Shown here: one piece after another, positions 58,642-64,000 of the stretch
How positions within the stretch are numbered: the stretch's first letter is position 1
Layout of the letters: the number at the start of each line of letters is the position of its first letter
Assembly: GCA_964291655.2 (NCBI GenBank)
Contig: OZ219802.1
Location: 1,760,001 to 1,824,000 of the forward strand
Direction: 5' to 3'
Length of the DNA stretch: 64,000 bases
Origin: Chloroflexota bacterium
GTDB lineage: Bacteria > Chloroflexota > UBA11872 > VXOZ01
Notes under the pieces: generated by a model
Database searches by the model: none
What the model saw: the letters and a program-made list of their open reading frames with translations, nothing else
What the model was told of the DNA's origin: nothing
Position numbers and translations under genes: made by a program

Positions 58642-59115
58642 GTTTGAAAACTCCCTTTGGGTTGCTCTCCCGCCAAGCGACGGCCTGCACTCATGTATTC
58701 CAGTACGAGTCCTGACGACTACGCATCATTATAGTAGCAGCGAACACCCTCAGGAGCGCGCCGAGCCGGGGAGATCAGACGCTTGTGTGATTGCTGCCCT
58801 GCTATACTACAAGACAAGCTGACAAGCGTCCGCCCACGTGTGGTTGGGACGCCGCGGGCGCAGCGCAGAGTCAGTCGGTTGTGTTGCGTTTCAATATTGC
58901 GTGCAATTGGCGTCAAGCGGTCGGATCTGCAGTGGTCACCCTCGTCTACTCCCTGCGGAGTGTGACGTACGCCCACGATTTCCCCTCAGTGCGGGCTAGC
59001 CAGCAGGTAGGGAGTGCCTGCATGCGCGCGCCGGAGTTGTCCGGAAATGGGTTTTCATTCGCGGTGTCAGCAATTGCTTTGCACAAGCAGAGGTACTGGT
59101 GAAAGGAATGGAACG

Positions 59116-59769
59116 ATGAGACTTCTGTCTCGTGTGCCGGGTTTCTTACTGGCCCTGGTGTTGCTTGGCGCTTCGCTGATGACGTTGTCGGCCTGTATAG
59201 TTTCTGACACGCTCTCCATGGGCGACGCGGTGGAGGAGCCGGCTACGAGGAGCAACTCGTTCGCTACGGCCACCTTTGGCCCCGGCGCTGTTGTTCACAT
59301 TGTGCGCAAAGACACCGGCGAGGAACTCACGATTCGCTCGGGTGGCTACCTGCGTCAGGCTGACTCCGGCGACGGCCGCGGCGGTCAGACATATCGCATC
59401 GATGGCTCTGACGGTGACATAGTCCGGCGTTGGTTAGCGCCTGACGACCCTGAAGTCAGATACATTCCCTGGGCTTTGCTCATCGAGAACTACACCGTGC
59501 CTGAAGGTGTCCTGGCCCTCATCCCGTTGGATGACAAGAATCCCGTGCCCTACCAGTTGGTGCAAGCTTATGGGGACGACAGAGTCTATGTGTTCACCCC
59601 GACTGGTGGGTGGCGATGGATCCCCGACCTCGCGACCTTTACGGCAAACGGCTTCTACTGGTGCGACGTGAGTACAGGTGACGCTGAGTTCTTCACCCGT
59701 GTCACGAAGGGGGACCCATTGCCGCTGAGGGCGGAAGTCCCCAACCACCCGGGTTGCCACAACACATAG
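59116..59769 (+). CDS. hypothetical lipoprotein
   Basis: MRLLSR signal with LSAC lipobox; RWIPD..TF..GF.W motif. Confidence 0.6.
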   Translation: MRLLSRVPGFLLALVLLGASLMTLSACIVSDTLSMGDAVEEPATRSNSFATATFGPGAVVHIVRKDTGEELTIRSGGYLRQADSGDGRGGQTYRIDGSDGDIVRRWLAPDDPEVRYIPWALLIENYTVPEGVLALIPLDDKNPVPYQLVQAYGDDRVYVFTPTGGWRWIPDLATFTANGFYWCDVSTGDAEFFTRVTKGDPLPLRAEVPNHPGCHNT

Positions 59770-60001
59770 CTCTTCCCAACCACCCGATTTTGGAAGCAAG
59801 CAAATACATGCCATCTGTATAGGCATCAGATACGTCCGAGCTATCAGTGACCGGAAGAGTAAACGCGTGCTGAACGCACGCTAGCGGAACTGGGGGGCTG
59901 CACAGTCCCCTTGTGCCACGACGCGAGCCGGTTGTCCGTAGCAGGACGCCGGCTCTTTTCTTGTATGTCTTGAACCGGACCTGTTTCCCCCTCACCCCGC
60001 C

Positions 60002-60289
60002 TGTATCGCCCTGGGCAATGGGTTACCCATGTTCGGGTACAGAGGGTAACACTCTTGAAGGAGGAGTCTTCCTAGTATGGAATGGCCGTGGCTTGGAAGC
60101 TACAGCCGGTCACTACCTCACTCCACACGGTTTGCTGACCTGTCACAAGCTAACGAGGCGAGCCTGAGCTTAGGGTCTCGCCTCAAGAGGATTCTCTTGG
60201 GCCCGACGGAAAGCGCCCATACGTGTCAATCAACAAAATGTATAACCTAACTCCCCGAACAACTGTTACCGGTGTTCCCGGTCTGTACA
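60002..60289 (+). mobile_element. diverged IS481-derived MITE (288 bp)
   Basis: TGTAT...CCCGGTCTGTACA ends; colinear with the MITE at 43934 (TAGTATG, CACAAGCT, GTGTCAATCA..AAAATGT blocks). Confidence 0.75.
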
Positions 60290-60398
60290 ACACTCCAGGG
60301 TGAAGGGGGCCTGCTCGTCCGCAGAATCGGGTTATGCCAGGGCCTCGATAGGTTTCCATAGCCTGAAGCAGCCACGACCTGTCAGCGGACGATAAACC

Positions 60399-61832
60399 TC
60401 AAGACTCCGCCACTGTGAAGGCATCCTCAACCGAGTAGGCCTCTTCCAACTTGGTGCGGAAGGGCTCTTGGGGGCGGGAGACGGCGGCGCTTTGGTAGGC
60501 GTGGTTTTGGAGGTTATGCTCGCAGAGCAAGCCGCGCAAATGGGAAATGACTTCCGCGTGTGTGCCGCCTCCCGCCAGATTCTTGATTTCTTCCGGGTCG
60601 GTTTCCAGATCGTAGAGTTCGCTTTCGCCGGTGGCGTAGTGGGCGTACTTATAGCGCGCGTCCCGCACCATCTGGCTGCCCAGGTTCTCGCTGAAGACGG
60701 TGTCGCGGTGAGGATGCGTAGGCTCGGCGAGGAGAGGCGCAAGACTCTTGCCTTGCAGCGTGTCCGGCGGTTCCACACCGCAGGTGGTGTAGAAGAGCGG
60801 CACGTAGTCAAGAGAACTCACCAGCGCTGGGCAGCGCGACCCACCTGCCACTCCCGGCCCGCGAATAATGAGCGGCACGTGGGCCATGGACTCATAGTAG
60901 AAGCCTTTGTACGGCAGGCCGTGGTCGCCCAGGGCGTCACCGTGGTCGGCGGTATAGATGATGAGGGTCTTGTCCAACACGCCGTTGGCTTCCAGCGCAG
61001 CCAGCATCTTGCCGACCTCCTCGTCGATGAGCGAAATGTTGGCGTAATAGTGAGCGCGCCACATGCGATGCTGCTCCGGCGTCGCCTCCGAAGGGCTCAT
61101 GCGGTACATGGAATTCTTAAGGTTTTCCCTGCCGGCCATCTGTTGGGCGCGGGGCTTGTTCACAAGCTCCGCCCGCGAACCGACAGGCGTGGGGATGGGC
61201 GCATCGTAGTACATGTCCGCCATCTCTTCCGGCGGGTCGTAAGGGTCATGCGGCCCGGCAAAGCTCACCCATGCCGCAAAGGGTTCCTTGCCGTTCTCCG
61301 CCAGCCACTCTGCCGCTTGGTCGCCGATGAAGCCATCCACGTGAAAGCGCTTCGGCAGCGGCGTTACCGAGGCGTTCAGTGTGTCGAAATAGCCGGGATT
61401 CTGGGTAGGATGCGCGCGCTTGTAACCGTGGGCGCGCAGGAACTTGCTATGGTCGTCGGGCAGGTACGTATGCCGCTTATCTTCCGCGCTGATGCGCTCT
61501 TGAAAACCGTTGCGGGCGTCCCAGGGAAAGAAGTGCATCTTGCCGACGGCGGCGGTGTTGTACACGGCGTCGGTGAGTTCCTGGGGCCAGACGGGCAGCT
61601 TGCCCTCGTCGAGCCAGTGTGAATTACCGAGCACGCCGGTGGCGGACGGCCACTGGCCGCACAGCAACGCCGCGCGCGTTGGCACGCAGAGCGGCGCAGG
61701 CACGTAGCAGCGCTCGAATACCATCCCTTCCCGCGCCAGCCGGTCGAGATTAGGCGTCTGCATGAAGTCCAGACCGTAGCACGGCAGGCTATCCCAACGC
61801 TGCTGGTCTGCGGTGATGAAGAGCAGATTCAT
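60399..61832 (-). CDS. sulfatase (arylsulfatase/choline-sulfatase-like)
   Basis: ITADQQR, TPNLDRLA, CVPTR (CxPxR formylglycine motif), GKMH, PHDP, ADHG, ELYDLETDPEE. Confidence 0.93.
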   Translation of the reverse strand: MNLLFITADQQRWDSLPCYGLDFMQTPNLDRLAREGMVFERCYVPAPLCVPTRAALLCGQWPSATGVLGNSHWLDEGKLPVWPQELTDAVYNTAAVGKMHFFPWDARNGFQERISAEDKRHTYLPDDHSKFLRAHGYKRAHPTQNPGYFDTLNASVTPLPKRFHVDGFIGDQAAEWLAENGKEPFAAWVSFAGPHDPYDPPEEMADMYYDAPIPTPVGSRAELVNKPRAQQMAGRENLKNSMYRMSPSEATPEQHRMWRAHYYANISLIDEEVGKMLAALEANGVLDKTLIIYTADHGDALGDHGLPYKGFYYESMAHVPLIIRGPGVAGGSRCPALVSSLDYVPLFYTTCGVEPPDTLQGKSLAPLLAEPTHPHRDTVFSENLGSQMVRDARYKYAHYATGESELYDLETDPEEIKNLAGGGTHAEVISHLRGLLCEHNLQNHAYQSAAVSRPQEPFRTKLEEAYSVEDAFTVAES

Positions 61833-61944
61833 GAAACCCCTCTCGTCCAATTTCCTTGCCAAGTACGATAGCAAGATTCGGGTGGTTACTCAACACGATG
61901 CAGGAGTACAGTAACCTCAATGAAGAGAAGAAAGGGAATGCCGC

Positions 61945-62820
61945 ATGGAACAATGTGACGATTATCGCCGCATCGAACACGCTATTGAATTCTTGGCGCA
62001 CAACTTCCGCAGCCAGCCTCATCTCGACGAAGTCGCTGCCAGCGTGCACCTCAGCAAGTATCATTTTCAGCGCCTCTTCAAGCGCTGGGCCGGGGTGACG
62101 CCGACTCAATTCTTACATTATCTTACCGTCGAATACGCCAAAGAGCAGTTAGCCGCAAGCCAAAGTATCTTCGAGACGACGCTTGACGCCGGTCTCTCCA
62201 GTCCCAGCCGTCTTCACGATCTCTTCGTCACGTTCGAGGCCATGACACCCGGCGAATACAAGCGCCATGGGACCGGCCTAGAAATCGACTACGGATTTCA
62301 CCCTACACCCTTTGGGGAGTGCCTGCTCGCCACTACGGCGCGCGGTATCTGCGCGCTAAGGTTCGTTGCGCCGGAGAACAGAGCGCAGAGCTTCGCGCAG
62401 CTATGTGAGGAGTGGCCGCACGCGCAATTCGCGCACCGCCCTGCTGTAACCGAGCCTATCGTCCGGCGCGCCTTCAGTCCCACAGATTGGCGAGAGGCGC
62501 CTCGCTTTCATCTCTTGGTCAGGGGAACGAACTTTCAAATCCAGGTTTGGCAGGCATTGCTTACCCTCCCCTTTGGCGCCATGGCAAGCTACCAGACTGT
62601 AGCAGCACATCTGTCTGCTCCTACTGCGGCCCGCGCGGTAGGTGGCGCAGTCGCGCAGAATCCCATCGCATACCTCATACCCTGCCACCGAGTCATCACG
62701 AACGTGGGCACAGCGCACCGCTATCGCTGGGGCACTGCCAAGAAACAAGCCATCCTCGGCTGGGAAGCAAGCCGCCTGCACAAGGATTCAATCCGACTGC
62801 GGCAGACTGGCAACGCGTAG
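61945..62820 (+). CDS. Ada-like AraC regulator / methylated-DNA--protein-cysteine methyltransferase
   Basis: AraC HTH (HFQRLFKRWAGVTP), GTNFQIQVW, active site IPCHRV. Confidence 0.92.
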   Translation: MEQCDDYRRIEHAIEFLAHNFRSQPHLDEVAASVHLSKYHFQRLFKRWAGVTPTQFLHYLTVEYAKEQLAASQSIFETTLDAGLSSPSRLHDLFVTFEAMTPGEYKRHGTGLEIDYGFHPTPFGECLLATTARGICALRFVAPENRAQSFAQLCEEWPHAQFAHRPAVTEPIVRRAFSPTDWREAPRFHLLVRGTNFQIQVWQALLTLPFGAMASYQTVAAHLSAPTAARAVGGAVAQNPIAYLIPCHRVITNVGTAHRYRWGTAKKQAILGWEASRLHKDSIRLRQTGNA

Positions 62821-63005
62821 ACGTTCCTCTCACGTCTTGAACCACATTTCACCAGCTCGAATGGTCTGTCGCACGATTTTAGTGGCGGTCACCGTCTCCG
62901 TTGCTATCTACTTCCAGAGTCTCGCCTCGCGCCGCTCCGCTAGCAGGCAGCACACGTATCCCTTACGATAGGGAAGATTGATCGAAGGAACGAGCGGAGT
63001 AGGCC

Positions 63006-63791
63006 GTGTCTACGAATTCTGCGGACGCCCTGTTAGAGGTTGACCACGTTACCAAGTCGTTTGGCGGCTTGCAGGCGGTGTACAACTGCTCACTGCAGGT
63101 GCGGCAGGGCACGATAACGGGTCTGATTGGGCCGAACGGGGCCGGCAAGACGACGCTGTTCAACCTCATTTCCGGCTTCTATGCCCCGGACGCCGGCAGC
63201 ATCGTATTTCAGGGTAAGCGCATCGACGGCCTGCCGCCGCACCGGGTCTTCCGCCACGGCCTCTGCCGCACCTTTCAAGTGCCCAAAGAACTCAAGCAGA
63301 TGACGGTGCTGGAAAACCTCATGCTGGTGCCTTCCGGCCAAACGGGTGAGTGGCTGGGAGCCGCATGGCTCATGCCGTGGCGGGTACGGCAGCAGGAGCA
63401 GGAGGCGTACGACAAAGCGCTGGACGTGCTAGAGTTTGTGAACTTGGCGCATCAGCGCGATGAATATGCCGCCAATCTCTCCACGGGCCAGAAGAAGCTG
63501 CTGGAGCTCGCCCGGGCGATGATGACCGATCCCCAACTCATCATGCTGGACGAGCCGGGGGCCGGAGTAAACCCGACGCTGTTGCGCAGCCTTATGGAAC
63601 AGATCGAGCGGCTCGTCGCCGAGCGGGACATCACCGTGCTGCTAATCGAGCACAACATGGCCGTAGTGATGGGCCTCTGCAACCCCGTGATCGTGATGAG
63701 CAACGGCGAGAAACTTGCGGAGGGCACACCGGCTGAGGTCCAGGAGAACGAGCAGGTACTTGCGGCGTACTTGGGAGGCCAAAACCGGTGA
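63006..63791 (+). CDS. livG: branched-chain amino acid ABC transporter ATP-binding protein (LivG-like)
   Basis: FGGLQAV, GPNGAGKT, RTFQ, LDEPGAG, IEHNM, AYLG. Confidence 0.9.
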   Translation: MSTNSADALLEVDHVTKSFGGLQAVYNCSLQVRQGTITGLIGPNGAGKTTLFNLISGFYAPDAGSIVFQGKRIDGLPPHRVFRHGLCRTFQVPKELKQMTVLENLMLVPSGQTGEWLGAAWLMPWRVRQQEQEAYDKALDVLEFVNLAHQRDEYAANLSTGQKKLLELARAMMTDPQLIMLDEPGAGVNPTLLRSLMEQIERLVAERDITVLLIEHNMAVVMGLCNPVIVMSNGEKLAEGTPAEVQENEQVLAAYLGGQNR

Positions 63792-64000
63792 ATTTACTCG
63801 AGGCCACCGGCATCGTCTCCGGCTACGGCGAAATAGAAATCTTGCATGGTGTCTCTCTGGCCGTCGGCGCCGGCGAAGTGGTGACCATCATCGGTCCCAA
63901 CGGCTGCGGCAAGTCCACGCTTATGAAGACGATCTTCGGCCTGCTGGATCCCACCAAAGGGAAGATTTCGTTCAACGATACCGACATCACCGGCATGCCG
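63788..64000 (+). CDS. livF: LivF-like ABC ATP-binding protein (truncated by window end)
   Basis: GTGA overlap with livG; SGYGEIEILHGVSL..IIGPNGCGKSTL. Confidence 0.85.
   Translation, partial: MNLLEATGIVSGYGEIEILHGVSLAVGAGEVVTIIGPNGCGKSTLMKTIFGLLDPTKGKISFNDTDITGMP

Noticed and set aside
58700-59110. Riboswitch in long intergenic regions (also 6520-6940 and 7790-8520)
   Set aside because: No recognisable aptamer consensus by eye; an Rfam cmscan would be needed

Overview
High-GC bacterial chromosomal segment, most consistent with a Chloroflexota genome (inferred from ylxR, darA/pstA, Pro/Thr-rich exported proteins and an orphan Tat-lipoprotein solute-binding protein). Housekeeping content: nusA-ylxR-infB-rbfA-DHH-truB-ribF, rodZ-pgsA, tRNA-Pro(CGG), a SAM-I riboswitch upstream of thrC-like plus ubiquitin-like sulfur carrier, and many sugar-catabolic oxidoreductases and isomerases. 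Mobile DNA: two IS481 copies, two 288-bp IS481-derived MITEs, one IS1182 and GAGACC-ended MITEs, nearly all inserted into the same REP-like hairpin family. Most notable observations: (1) a regulator with a complete CarH-type AdoCbl photoreceptor signature fused to a C-terminal XRE HTH, divergent from fasciclin and DUF378 genes that share a candidate operator; (2) an AT-rich islet with an SF2 helicase and a tightly coupled Zn-finger-like protein; (3) a non-coding 18-unit satellite with 20-21-bp period; (4) a SAM-controlled ThrC-like/MoaD pair whose carrier extends past Gly-Gly; (5) a DUF1971-globin fusion; (6) two triads of tandem small membrane-protein paralogues. All calls are by eye; no searches were run.
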